The notes: generated by a model from the letters alone, not told the origin. A DNA stretch of 64,000 nt from Candidatus Latescibacterota bacterium (GCA_965205485.1 OZ242180.1:4992001-5056000); one strand, 5' to 3'; numbered from the stretch's first letter, positions 35,480 to 45,234 are shown. Program-made: numbers and translations.

Positions 35480-37383
35480 TGCACCTCTTCCTCGTCCTCC
35501 GTTTCCGCCGTCTCGAGCACTTCCCACGCCGCCAGGCGTTCCTCGATCCGGGCCTGAATCCGCCTGCGTTCTGCGGAAACGGACTCAAGGTGTTCCCAGT
35601 CGGACGCACGGTCATCCTGCGCAAGTTGCCCGTCGGCGCGTTCGAGTTCCGCCTCGAGGTCCCGGATCTCTTCTTCAATGGCCTCCAGACGACGCCGGCG
35701 CCTGTCCTGTGCCCTGCGATCGGCGCGGGTGCGTTCGTACGCGGCTTTCCGGGAGGCATTCTTCCGTAACCGCGCCCCGGACGGCTCCTCGCGAGACGCC
35801 CGCCGGCGCTGCCAGATTTCGTAATTACCCTCTACAAGTTCCCACTCGCCATACCCGAGTACGAGCAGCCGGTCCACCAGCAGGTTCAGAAAATAGCGAT
35901 CGTGGGAGACGGCGATGAGCGTGCCCTCGTACGCTTTCAGGGCATCCTCCAAAACGTCCCGGGAAGGAATGTCCAGATGATTGGTGGGTTCGTCCAGGAC
36001 CAGGAGATTGGTTTCAGACCGCATGAGCCTGGCCAGGGCCACCCTGCTCTTCTCGCCTCCGCTGAGGCTGCCGATTCTGCGCTCGACGTCGTCGCCCGAA
36101 AAGAGAAAGGCGCCCAGAACGTCGCGGATCTCCCCCGCCGGCGCGTCCGGGGTGACCGACCAGATTTCCTCCTGCAACGTATGACCGGGATCAAGTTCGT
36201 CCCGATGCTGGTCGTAATACCCCACCTGGATGTGCGAACCGGTCCTGATGGTCCCGCTATCGGGCGCGACGCGGCCGGCGAGCAGCTTCAACAGCGTGGA
36301 TTTGCCGGAACCGTTGGGTCCGATAATGCCCAGACGATCGCCCCGCCGGACCAGCAGGTCCAGATTCCGAAAGAGAACCGTCTGTCCAAAGGCTTTCGAC
36401 GTCCGCTCGAGTTCCGCGACCCTGTTGCCGCCCCGCGCACCGGCTGTGAATTCCAACCGGAACTCCCTGTCCCGCGTTGGACGATCGAGTCTTTCGAGTT
36501 TCTCGAGCGCCTTTCTCCGGCTCTGGGCCTGTTTGGTCTTCTGGCCCGCGATATTGCGCCTGATAAAGTCTTCGGTCCTGCGGATGTGTTCCTGCTGGCG
36601 CTCATAGGCCTTGATGCGCCTTGCCATGCGCTCCTGCCGTTCGGCGGCATAGAAGCTGTAATTGCCCGCGTACCCGGCAAGGTCTCCGTTCTCGAGTTCG
36701 ACGATGCGGTCGATGGTGCGGTCAAGAAAATACCGGTCGTGGGAGACGACCACGCAGGCGCCGTCAAATGCGGGCAGGAACCCTTCCAGCCATTCGATGG
36801 CTTCGAGGTCAAGGTGATTGGTGGGTTCGTCCAGCAGGAGCAGGTCCGGTTCCCGTACCAGCAGCCGCGCGAGGGCAAGACGGTTCTTCTGTCCGCCGCT
36901 GAGCTGTGAAACCGGGGTCTCGAATTCCGTCCGGGCGAAACCCAGCCCGTGAAGGATGGCCTTCGCGCGGGCCTCGACCTCGTAGCCGCGCCGGGCTTCG
37001 TAGCTATGCTGAAGGCGTCCGTATTCTTCCAGAAGGCCGGGTTGTTCCCGGCTTTCGGCCAGGCGGATTTCCAGGACGCCCATCCGGCGTTGCAGGTCCA
37101 GCAGGTCGGAAAACGCGTCGAGTACGGTGTCCAGAACAACGGACCCTTCCTCCAGTTCGGGGTCCTGCGCGAGGTACCCCACGTTCAGATTCCGTCGCAG
37201 GTGAACCCGTCCGCGGTCCGGGTGCAGGCGGCCCGTCATGAGGTGGAAGAGCGTCGTCTTGCCGCATCCATTTCGCCCGACCAGACCGACGCGGGCGCCC
37301 GCTTCGATCTTCCAGGTCAGACCGCTCAGCACGATGTTGGCGCCGTAGGCCTTGTGGACGCTCTCGAGTTGAATCAGCGGCAT
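35476..37383 (-). CDS. ABC-F family ATPase (Uup/YheS-like)
   Basis: Two ABC domains (GRNGCGKT, LSGGQ, DEPTNHLD; GPNGSGKS, LSGGE) and a C-terminal coiled coil. Confidence 0.95.
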   Translation of the reverse strand: MPLIQLESVHKAYGANIVLSGLTWKIEAGARVGLVGRNGCGKTTLFHLMTGRLHPDRGRVHLRRNLNVGYLAQDPELEEGSVVLDTVLDAFSDLLDLQRRMGVLEIRLAESREQPGLLEEYGRLQHSYEARRGYEVEARAKAILHGLGFARTEFETPVSQLSGGQKNRLALARLLVREPDLLLLDEPTNHLDLEAIEWLEGFLPAFDGACVVVSHDRYFLDRTIDRIVELENGDLAGYAGNYSFYAAERQERMARRIKAYERQQEHIRRTEDFIRRNIAGQKTKQAQSRRKALEKLERLDRPTRDREFRLEFTAGARGGNRVAELERTSKAFGQTVLFRNLDLLVRRGDRLGIIGPNGSGKSTLLKLLAGRVAPDSGTIRTGSHIQVGYYDQHRDELDPGHTLQEEIWSVTPDAPAGEIRDVLGAFLFSGDDVERRIGSLSGGEKSRVALARLMRSETNLLVLDEPTNHLDIPSRDVLEDALKAYEGTLIAVSHDRYFLNLLVDRLLVLGYGEWELVEGNYEIWQRRRASREEPSGARLRKNASRKAAYERTRADRRAQDRRRRRLEAIEEEIRDLEAELERADGQLAQDDRASDWEHLESVSAERRRIQARIEERLAAWEVLETAETEDEEEVQ

Positions 37384-37576
37384 CTCTGTTCATCCCCCGC
37401 GGGCTGGCGGTTCGGGTTGGTATGAAGAAACTGCCTCGCATGGCCGGGGGCGCCGAAATCCCGCCGCGATACGTACGGATACGGGCGCTGCTGAAGACAG
37501 GCTCTGTAGTGGAGACGAAGGAACGAGGCGGGCGGGAGACGGCGCGGATACGGAACGCGCTGGCGAGGAATGACGT

Positions 37577-38392
37577 TCAGGCGACTTCAGACCTCTGTTC
37601 GATGATCTCAACCTGGTCTTCCGGACTGTAGAAATACGCACCCGGGCGCCAGTCTTTGCCCAGGTCTCCCAGCAGACGGCGTTGTCTGGGGGTACATTTC
37701 GCCAGAACTTCCGGGGAATGGCCGTTAAAGTCGAAGGTCCGGAAACATTGCTGGCTGTAACAGTAGATGAGGGTCTTCCGGGACCTTTTCGAGAGGTTGG
37801 GGGACACGCCGTGCCAGAGTGCATGGGAGAAGATTGCTGCGTCTCCGGCTTGCGCGCAAAGCTGCACCGCACCCGGCGTTTGCGCCGTTATGGACGTGTC
37901 GCCTTCCGGATAGGGCCTCAGGTGGCTGCCCGGAAAGATCGTGAAATTGCCGCGGTCGGGTTTCCTGACGTCAGTGAGAAAGTACTGTATTTTGATCTGA
38001 AGCGGCCAACTCGTTTCGGTCACGCGGATGTGCCGCAGGGCCTGGCCTCCGTCCGTGTGGATGAAACCCTTGTAGCCGGGATTGGGTGGTCTCACAACGG
38101 CTTCTGCCATGCTCAGTTGTATATACGGTCCCATCAGTTCCAGAATGACGTCAAATACGGCGGGATGGTCCATCAGATGGATAAAGGCGTCGCTGTCCGG
38201 CAATATGTTTCTCCGGTCGAGGCCTGACTTCGGGTCCGCGCCAGCCTTGTTGAGTACGAATCTCCTGTGCAGCCGGTCCACCTCACGCCTCAGTATTCCC
38301 GACTCCTCGGCGGAGAGGACCCCCTTGAGCAGGATATATCCGTCAATCGCCCACTGCTGTTTCTGCTCCTCCGTCAATTTCGAGGATTCCAT
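37577..38392 (-). CDS. Phytanoyl-CoA dioxygenase (PhyH) family Fe/2OG oxygenase
   Basis: DGYILL, HTDG, PGSH, AGDA..F, LWHG..PN.S...R. Confidence 0.9.
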   Translation of the reverse strand: MESSKLTEEQKQQWAIDGYILLKGVLSAEESGILRREVDRLHRRFVLNKAGADPKSGLDRRNILPDSDAFIHLMDHPAVFDVILELMGPYIQLSMAEAVVRPPNPGYKGFIHTDGGQALRHIRVTETSWPLQIKIQYFLTDVRKPDRGNFTIFPGSHLRPYPEGDTSITAQTPGAVQLCAQAGDAAIFSHALWHGVSPNLSKRSRKTLIYCYSQQCFRTFDFNGHSPEVLAKCTPRQRRLLGDLGKDWRPGAYFYSPEDQVEIIEQRSEVA

Positions 38393-38426
38393 GACGAAGT
38401 CTCCTGAGTTCGACGAGGTTTTCGAA

Positions 38427-39251
38427 CTATATACTCAACGACGCGGCCCGCTCCCGTTCCAGTTCGGCGCGAAGCGATTCGGCGGCGCGCCGGGCGGCGT
38501 TGGCGAAGTCCCGGCCGGGGGAGGCGTAGAGTACGCTCCTGGACGTATTGACAAGCAGTCCCCCGCCGTTCCTGTCCGAGCCGTACCGGATCACGTCGCC
38601 GGGGTCGCCCATCTGGGCGCCGACGCCGGGGACCAGGAAAGGCAGTCCCGGCGCGATTCTCCTTACGTTGGCGAGTTCCCGAGCGTGAGTTGCGCCGACC
38701 ACGAGGCCGCATGGACCTGAATCGGACCACTCGACCGCTTTTCTGGCGACCTGCTGATAGAATGGACCGTCCTGGGTGGTCAGCCTCTGGAAGTCCGCCG
38801 AACCGGGGTTGGACGTTAGACAGAGAAGGAATGCGCAGCCGTCCGGGTATTCCAGAAAAGGGGCCACCGCGTCCCTGCCCATGAGGGGATTCACGGTGAC
38901 CGCGTCCGCGCCCAGCGCATCGTACGCCATCTGTGCGTAACGGCGGGCGCTGTTGCCGATATCGTTGGCTTTGAAGTCGAGCACAACGGGCGTGGCGTCG
39001 GGAATGGCGCTGAGTACGTCCTCGAGGCTACGCCACCCGGCCGCGCCCAGGGCGCCGAAAAATCCGAAGTTGGGTTTGTAGGCGCAGACAAGGTCGCACG
39101 TGGCGGAAACGACCTCCTTGAGAAAGGCTGAAACCGGGTCCCCGGTAGCGTTCAGGTGGGTAGGCAGCCGCTCCGGATCGGGATCCAGGCCCACGCAAAC
39201 CAGGCTGTTCCGCGCGTTGGCGGCTCGGCGATATTTCTCGATAAAACTCAA
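38427..39251 (-). CDS. pyrF: Orotidine-5'-phosphate decarboxylase
   Basis: CVGLDP, YKPN, DFKANDIGNS, TSNPGS, VVGAT, PGVGAQ; TTG start with CAGGAG RBS. Confidence 0.93.
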   Translation of the reverse strand: MSFIEKYRRAANARNSLVCVGLDPDPERLPTHLNATGDPVSAFLKEVVSATCDLVCAYKPNFGFFGALGAAGWRSLEDVLSAIPDATPVVLDFKANDIGNSARRYAQMAYDALGADAVTVNPLMGRDAVAPFLEYPDGCAFLLCLTSNPGSADFQRLTTQDGPFYQQVARKAVEWSDSGPCGLVVGATHARELANVRRIAPGLPFLVPGVGAQMGDPGDVIRYGSDRNGGGLLVNTSRSVLYASPGRDFANAARRAAESLRAELERERAASLSI

Positions 39252-39274
39252 CCGTCGCTCCTGCACGGGAAACC

Positions 39275-39667
39275 GGCAAGCGGGCCTGTAAGCCGAGTTC
39301 TGTCGCCCGGCGCTGCGCGCGCCGAACGGATGGCCATTTATCTGGGACGCCGGTTGCCCGGCGCCTCTACGCAGCCTACCCGAGCGTCTTGACGAGACGG
39401 GCCGCCTCTCCGCTCCTATTTGGCCTTGCTCCGGATGGGGTTTACCGTGCCGCTCCCGTCTCCGGGAACGCGGTGGGCTCTTACCCCGCCGTTTCACCCT
39501 TGCCCGCAACGAAACCGTGGTTTCGCCCGCTGGCGGTCTGTTCTCTGTGGCACTTTCCTTCGGGTTGCCCCGACTGGGAGTTACCCAGCATCCTGCCCTG
39601 TGGAGCTCGGACTTTCCTCACCCATACCAGCGGACTGACATGGGCGCGGCCATCCGGCCCGCTTGCC
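39275..39667 (-). ncRNA. rnpB: RNase P RNA (bacterial class A)
   Basis: Minus strand GAGAAAGTCCGAGCTCC-type 5' conserved block, AGTGCCACAGA, GGGTGAAACGG, ACAGAACTCGGCTTAC; P1 GGCAAGCGGGCC/GGCCCGCTTGCC. Confidence 0.96.
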
Positions 39668-39696
39668 TGGCGTGTGGCTCGTGAACCGCAGGCGAC

Positions 39697-40119
39697 TCAC
39701 GATTTGCGTTTCATACCGATCTTTATTCCCTGATTCGCGAGACGGTCCGCGTGCTTGTTTTCCTCCCGCGAGACGTGGCGAATCCGAAATTCCTCAAAGT
39801 TGCCGGCGAGATCACGGGCGCTGCGATACAGCGGCAACAGCTTCTCGTTCTTGACCTTGTATTCGCCGTTCAACTGCCGGACCATCAATTCGCTGTCAGA
39901 AAGGGCGATGACACGCGTTATTCGATACCTCCGTGCGATTTCCAGTGCGTAGATGAGCGCCTTGTATTCCGCGACGTTGTTGGTGGCGTTGCCGATGTAT
40001 TCGGATTGTTCACACAGAACCACGCCTTCGAGCTCCAGTCGCACGCCAATGCCCGCCGGACCGGGATTGCCCTTTGCGGCGCCGTCGACGTAGACCGTTA
40101 TCGCATCGTTGCCGGCCAC
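39697..40119 (-). CDS. rnhA: Ribonuclease HI family protein
   Basis: YVDGAAKGNPG, TNNVAEY, SDSEL, HVSREEN..AD.LAN. Confidence 0.92.
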   Translation of the reverse strand: MAGNDAITVYVDGAAKGNPGPAGIGVRLELEGVVLCEQSEYIGNATNNVAEYKALIYALEIARRYRITRVIALSDSELMVRQLNGEYKVKNEKLLPLYRSARDLAGNFEEFRIRHVSREENKHADRLANQGIKIGMKRKS

Positions 40120-40120
40120 G

Positions 40121-40834
40121 TCAGGCTTCTTCCCGCCACACCAGGATCCGTCCGCAGTTCTCGCAGCGAATGATCCTGTCCTGGCGTCTGACTTCCACGC
40201 GGAGTTGGGGAGGCAATTGCCTGAAACATCCGCCGCAGGACCCCTTTCCGATTGGCACGACAGCGACGCCGTCCCTTACGACCCCCCGAATCCGGTCGTA
40301 ATTGGACAGAACGGGTCTGTCAACCTCTTCTTCGGCAGCCATCCGTTTCTCCCGCCAGCCGCTGGCCTCGCCGTCGACAAGGTCCAGGCGATTCTGAAGG
40401 TCCCTGATCTGACCCAGAAAATCGGCTTCCAGGGCCTTGTACGCGGTTTCTTCCTCCTCCAGCATCGAATTCAGTTCGTCGTATCGCTCAATGCCCTCGA
40501 GGATGATGGTCTCGTTCTCGTCTGCCCGGTTCCTCAGGACTTCGATCTCGATCTGAAGCGCATCGTACTCGCGGTTTGTTTTGACCTCATAGAGACGGTC
40601 CTGGTGTTTCTTCAGATCCGCCTGTATGGTCTCGAGTTCTCCCTCCAACTGGCGGCGAGTCTTCTCCAGGTCAGCCGCCTGCTGTTTCTTGTCGTCAACG
40701 GCCTGCTTCGCGGTTTCCAGCTTTCCGCGCAGGTCGGAAATGGCTTCCGGGTAATCCGACTGTACCTTCTTCAGCTTGTCCAGTTCAGTATCGATGCGCT
40801 GCAGGTTTAGAAGTCTTAGCAGGCTTTCTTGCAT
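40121..40834 (-). CDS. Coiled-coil C4 zinc-ribbon protein (COG1579/DUF164)
   Basis: LQRID, KTNREYDAL, CGGC...CENCGRIL; GGAGAAGG RBS. Confidence 0.92.
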   Translation of the reverse strand: MQESLLRLLNLQRIDTELDKLKKVQSDYPEAISDLRGKLETAKQAVDDKKQQAADLEKTRRQLEGELETIQADLKKHQDRLYEVKTNREYDALQIEIEVLRNRADENETIILEGIERYDELNSMLEEEETAYKALEADFLGQIRDLQNRLDLVDGEASGWREKRMAAEEEVDRPVLSNYDRIRGVVRDGVAVVPIGKGSCGGCFRQLPPQLRVEVRRQDRIIRCENCGRILVWREEA

Positions 40835-40845
40835 ACACCTTCTCC

Positions 40846-40880
40846 AAAAAAGAAAGGCGCATCCGATTAACGGATGCACC
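40846..40880 (-). terminator. Rho-independent terminator between tRNA-Val and COG1579
   Basis: GGTGCATCCG-TTAAT-CGGATGCGCC followed by TTTCTTTTTT. Confidence 0.75.
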
Positions 40881-40945
40881 CTGACGTTTGCCAGCCGTAC
40901 CGGTCCACCTGCGGACAGGCCCAGGCCACCTCGCATTTCGGTACA

Positions 40946-41022
40946 TGGTGGGCGATACTGGACTCGAACCAGTGACCTCTGGTATGTGAAACCAGCGCTC
41001 TAACCATCTGAGCTAATCGCCC
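40946..41022 (-). tRNA. tRNA-Val(CAC)
   Basis: Cloverleaf GGGCGAT...; anticodon arm CTGGT-TTCACAT-ACCAG; GGTTCGAGTCC T-arm; encoded CCA. Confidence 0.95.
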
Positions 41023-41126
41023 ACCTGAAGGTATCAGACGGTTCACTTGACGCGTATTCCCTATTCTCGAATCTGGCGAATTCGTCGATTCAAAATACGG
41101 AATTCAGATGAATTTCAAGGTGATTG

Positions 41127-41239
41127 AATTAACAATAATCACCTGGAAATGTCAAGCTTATTCCCATATGGAACGCCGCGTCCCTATCGGCGGCTTTCGA
41201 GATGATTAACTTGACAGCGAACAGCGATTTCTATAAATT
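41127..41239. promoter_or_regulatory. Divergent sigma70 promoters for the two tRNAs
   Basis: Minus TTGACA-17-TTAATT (41155-41127); plus TTGACA-17-TAAATT (41211-41239). Confidence 0.7.
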
Positions 41240-41257
41240 CCGTGCTTCGAATCAGGT

Positions 41258-41332
41258 GACCCCGTCGTTCAGTGGTTAGGACACCGGGTTTTCAACCCGG
41301 CAACGGGGGTTCGACTCCCCTCGGGGTCACCA
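41258..41332 (+). tRNA. tRNA-Glu(TTC)
   Basis: GACCCCG/CGGGGTC acceptor stem; CCGGG-TTTTCAA-CCCGG anticodon arm; GGTTCGACTCC; CCA. Confidence 0.95.
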
Positions 41333-41583
41333 GTTTTTTCGCATATTCCGTTTACAAATAACATCTTGTGTGTCTTGTTACCCGCCCATCCTTTTCGTTG
41401 TTCCGCCCCTATCCTCCCGAAACAAACGATTCGAAGTATTGGAGCCCGCCCGCCGCAGCCCGACCAGGGGCAGCGACCTCCTCTGCCTCTGTCTGATCAG
41501 GACGTTTCGGGAAACGCCGGAATCTGCCGACGGCTGCAGCTGCGTACACGGTTACACTCGACGGCTCAGAAAGGAGTGACCCA

Positions 41584-42159
41584 ATGAGAAAGATCACATT
41601 CGCCCTTCCAGTCCTCTTCGCAATCATCGCTTTTTCGGTCTTTGCCGGGGAAGACGGTGATAAACCGGATGGAAAAGGCGAGAAGCATGCCGGAGCATAC
41701 GTCGGATCAGCGGAGTTCGAGCGGCTGAAAACGCTGGTCGGGCGCTGGGAATCCGAGATGCCGATGCCAGGGGGAGGGGGATCCGAAGGCGGGAAGGGCG
41801 CGACGATCATGGTCGCAACGGAGTACCGGATGGCAGCCAACGGCACCGTCATCGTCGAACGCAACTTCCCGGATACGCCCAAGGAGATGATCTCCGTCTA
41901 CCACGACCGTGGCGGCAAGCTGTGGATGACCCACTATTGCGCGAAGGGCAATCAGCCGCAGATGAGCCTGACGAAAGCCACCGACGGGATTATTGCGCTG
42001 GAGCTCGTCGAGGGCTCTCTCGATTCCCCCGACGAGTCGCACATGCACTCCGTCTCGATCGCTCTCGACGGAGAGGATGCAATGTCGCAGACCTGGACGA
42101 TGTACGAGAACGGCAAGGAGACGATGGCGCACAAGATGACGTACCGCCGCGTGCGTTAG
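41584..42159 (+). CDS. Secreted hypothetical protein (small beta-barrel-like)
   Basis: Signal peptide; FERLKTLVGRW, THYCAKGNQP, HMH; AAAGGAG RBS. Confidence 0.75.
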   Translation: MRKITFALPVLFAIIAFSVFAGEDGDKPDGKGEKHAGAYVGSAEFERLKTLVGRWESEMPMPGGGGSEGGKGATIMVATEYRMAANGTVIVERNFPDTPKEMISVYHDRGGKLWMTHYCAKGNQPQMSLTKATDGIIALELVEGSLDSPDESHMHSVSIALDGEDAMSQTWTMYENGKETMAHKMTYRRVR

Positions 42160-42163
42160 GCAC

Positions 42164-43564
42164 TCAATCCGCGAGGCCGCAGGCTGCCGCCGACAGGATG
42201 TCGTAATAGTGCACAAAAGTCAGCCCGTCGATGACGATGCGGTCGTTTGCGGGCAGCTCCTCTTCCCAGGTCATCGCTTCGCCCCAGTTGTGCGGCGGCG
42301 CGTCGCTCTTGCCCCAGCGGCTTCCGTTGTATCGTCGGAACAGCACCGTGCGTCCCGCGCGGGTGATATATGCCACAACCAGGCAGTCTCGCTCAGTGGC
42401 GTTTTTCTCGAGGTCAAAGACCCGCAAACAGGTGAACTGACGCCCGCCGACGTGGACGTCGAACACACCAGCGCCTGTGAAGGCGGGGGCATCCGGCCCT
42501 CTGACCCACGCGCCATCGGCCCGTTGGGACAAGCATCCACAGTCTTCGACGATGCGACGCGAACCCCACCAGTCGTCGTGGAATCTGTCGTCCAGAAAAG
42601 TCTCCAGTTCTCTTACGCCGTCGGCCTCTTCTCTTTCCACGGCGATCCACTCCACCTCGTCATCAGCCAGATGCCCCCATACCCTTTTAATGCGGCTCCT
42701 TTCCTCGAGAGGCTTCTTCCGGAACCTCATCTTCTCGACCTCCACCTCCTCGACCTCCACCTCGACACAGGGTCGTCCGTGGATCACCGCCGGCCGGCGG
42801 GCGGTCAGCCATGTCGTTTCGGTCTGACGCCAGGGCGCGGCGCTGTCCTTTCCGCCGTCATAATGTGCATAGCCGACCCGGTCGCCGACTTCCGGCTTTA
42901 CGAACCACCATGCCATTTCCGTGAAATCGATCCGTAAAGATTTCTCCGCGCTGGGGTGAATGCGAATCTCGGGTCGAAGTCGCGGAAAGTCTCGTAGTCC
43001 TGTCTTCATGTCGATCTTCCTCTTCGTTGGGGTGATTCCCAATGCCCTCCGGATATGGTCGCGTCCGTGCGAAAGACGGCGTTTGACCGTGCCGTCGGGA
43101 CTGCGGTGGCGGGCGGCGATTTCGGCGATGCTAAGACCGTCCAGATAAAACGCCTTCAGGGCGGCGCGCTCGCGTTCGGGTACTTCGTCCATGGCTTCCA
43201 GGATAGCCGTCGCGGCCTCACGCTCCCGTGACTGCGCGAGCCCGCCGCGGTTGACCAGCGGCGTCAGGATTTCGCTCCCCACATACAGTTCGCGGCGCTG
43301 GGGCGATCTGAAGTAATCGCGGCAGCGGTTGCGTGCCACCTGCAGCAGCCACGGACGCACGTTGCGAGGCGTATCCCGGCGCAAGCCGCGCCAGGCGTGG
43401 ACCAGGGTTTCCTGCATCACGTCCTGCACCTGTTCGCCGGAACCGATCCGGGAACGGATTAACGCAGCAATCACGCGCTCGTAACGTCGGATGAGGGTCA
43501 CGAAAGCGGCGTCGTTTCCCTCCCGCACCTGCTTCGCCAACTGTTGGTCGTATGGATTTGTCAT
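42164..43564 (-). CDS. ECF sigma-70 factor with about 285-aa C-terminal extension
   Basis: Region 2 DVMQETLVHAW...WLLQVARNRCRD; region 4 DGLSIAEIA...GTVKRRLSHGR; AAGGA RBS. Confidence 0.88.
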   Translation of the reverse strand: MTNPYDQQLAKQVREGNDAAFVTLIRRYERVIAALIRSRIGSGEQVQDVMQETLVHAWRGLRRDTPRNVRPWLLQVARNRCRDYFRSPQRRELYVGSEILTPLVNRGGLAQSREREAATAILEAMDEVPERERAALKAFYLDGLSIAEIAARHRSPDGTVKRRLSHGRDHIRRALGITPTKRKIDMKTGLRDFPRLRPEIRIHPSAEKSLRIDFTEMAWWFVKPEVGDRVGYAHYDGGKDSAAPWRQTETTWLTARRPAVIHGRPCVEVEVEEVEVEKMRFRKKPLEERSRIKRVWGHLADDEVEWIAVEREEADGVRELETFLDDRFHDDWWGSRRIVEDCGCLSQRADGAWVRGPDAPAFTGAGVFDVHVGGRQFTCLRVFDLEKNATERDCLVVAYITRAGRTVLFRRYNGSRWGKSDAPPHNWGEAMTWEEELPANDRIVIDGLTFVHYYDILSAAACGLAD

Positions 43565-43770
43565 TCGTTTGCCCGTCCTTTACCTGCAAGGCGCGACCGG
43601 GATGTCAAAGGTTCACTTCTTATAGCGGATCCCCGGATTACGGAACGACAAAAACGCAACCGTCAGCGACTAAAGACGTTGGTGGAAGTACACGCTCTAG
43701 AGCGAACCCTATCACGGCACCTATTTTGACTCTTCGAGTAGAATAGACTATAGATCGAGGGGAAATCGTC

Positions 43771-44241
43771 ATGGAACACGTCGATGGAACCGATGTTACA
43801 GGTCGACAGGAAACGCCCGGCCGCCGTTCATGGGACTACTGGAAACTACCGGTGTGGTTCGGCCTGGGGTTGTGCATTCTTCAGTTGCTGGTGGCCGTTA
43901 TTCGTTTCGGCACGATACATCACTCCGACCCGTTCGGGTTGCTCTTTGCGCTTCCGAGCATCTTATGGGGCCTGGTTCTGTTCTTCATCGCCGGCGCGTT
44001 GATCGGATTGCTGGCGCAGCGCATGTTGAGGGGCGTCAGCGGTACCCGCCGAGTCTGGATAATTGTCGGACTGGCGATCGCAACGCCGCTTGCGGTGCTG
44101 TTCAGTCTTTTCGGCGGCTTGCTTGGGCCCCACATGGTCGTCATCTACGCGCTCGTTCCATTTCTGGTCCTGGTCGGCATCCCGATGCTGATCCTCGCGG
44201 TCTGGCGCGGCCTGCGGAAAGCCTCCGGTCCGGGGGTCTGA
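43771..44241 (+). CDS. Small integral membrane protein (about 4 TM)
   Basis: Four hydrophobic segments; GAGGGG RBS. Confidence 0.7.
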   Translation: MEHVDGTDVTGRQETPGRRSWDYWKLPVWFGLGLCILQLLVAVIRFGTIHHSDPFGLLFALPSILWGLVLFFIAGALIGLLAQRMLRGVSGTRRVWIIVGLAIATPLAVLFSLFGGLLGPHMVVIYALVPFLVLVGIPMLILAVWRGLRKASGPGV

Positions 44242-44358
44242 TGTACGGCGCGAACATAACGTGAAACGCGCCGTAAACCGGTCTCCCCGGCACGGCGCGA
44301 GCTGTTCGCCAGCGTCAATGGATCTGTTGGCGGATTTCACTGAACGGACTGCGGCCGA

Positions 44359-44811
44359 TCAGCCCTCATCGTCGTAGAAGCGCTTCAGGTCCACGTCGCA
44401 TTCAAGCCTCGCCTTGAGGCTCGCGAAGAAATGCGTCCAGCCCGAGCACTGATCGAACGCGCTGTCGATCCCCTCCCGATCCGGCCGCCATCCGGATTCG
44501 CTCACCGAAATCCTCGTTCCGCCGTTCAGCGCTTCGAAGTCGAACACGAAGCGCGTCCTGTAACCGACATCGTTGCAGGCGGGCCAGGTGCAGACGATTC
44601 TCCTGTTGCGGACCACCTCCTCCACCGCGACGTCCACCTCGACGTCGCCGAATCGCCATATAACCGTTCGCCCGGCTTCCAGTCCGGCGCTGGCGTCATC
44701 CGTGAAGTAGGTGCTGATCGCCGTCCCGTCTGCGACAGCCTCGAAGACCTCGGCCACGGGTCTGTCGATGACGCAGCGAAATGAAAACGACAGTTCTTCG
44801 ATTTGATCCAT
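44359..44811 (-). CDS. SRPBCC/AHSA1-like domain protein
   Basis: IDRPVAEVFEA, VRNRRIV..W, GTRISVSESGW, GWT.F..LKA.LE. Confidence 0.85.
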   Translation of the reverse strand: MDQIEELSFSFRCVIDRPVAEVFEAVADGTAISTYFTDDASAGLEAGRTVIWRFGDVEVDVAVEEVVRNRRIVCTWPACNDVGYRTRFVFDFEALNGGTRISVSESGWRPDREGIDSAFDQCSGWTHFFASLKARLECDVDLKRFYDDEG

Positions 44812-44838
44812 CGGTCTGCTCCGTCCGGAGTGCGGCGA

Positions 44839-45234
44839 CTATTGGTCCTCTCTCGGCTTCTCGGCCATCAGCGCCATCAGATTCATCTCGGAATCTCTGA
44901 AGAACGCCATCCACAGTTCGTGATCGGGCATATCGGCGATCTTGTGCGGTTCACTGTCGAAATCGACGCCTCGGGAATGCAGTTCTTCGCAGATGCCTTC
45001 GAGGTCCTCGACTTTGTAATAAATCACCGACGCGTGTACATCCGCCGATTCATCCTCGGAAAGCCCAAGCAGAAGCCGCACGCCCGAACAATTGAAGAAA
45101 GCCATTCCCGGCACGCGGAATAGGAACTGCATTCCAAGCTTGTCACGGTAAAATTCGACCGCCCGGTCGAGGTCCTGAACGGTAACCGAAATCTGTCCGA
45201 TCACGGACAGGCCGAGGCTGGTGTCCTGCGGCAT
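44839..45234 (-). CDS. VOC/glyoxalase family protein
   Basis: QISVTVQDLDRAVEFYRDKLG, FFRDSEMN; AAGGAGG RBS. Confidence 0.9.
   Translation of the reverse strand: MPQDTSLGLSVIGQISVTVQDLDRAVEFYRDKLGMQFLFRVPGMAFFNCSGVRLLLGLSEDESADVHASVIYYKVEDLEGICEELHSRGVDFDSEPHKIADMPDHELWMAFFRDSEMNLMALMAEKPREDQ

Noticed and set aside
39252..39509. N-terminal extension of the PyrF ORF
   Set aside because: Runs through the rnpB gene; TTG at 39251 with RBS fits the family start
41310..41332. tRNA-Glu 3' end as attL of an integrated element
   Set aside because: No downstream duplicate of the tRNA 3' end or integrase found by eye
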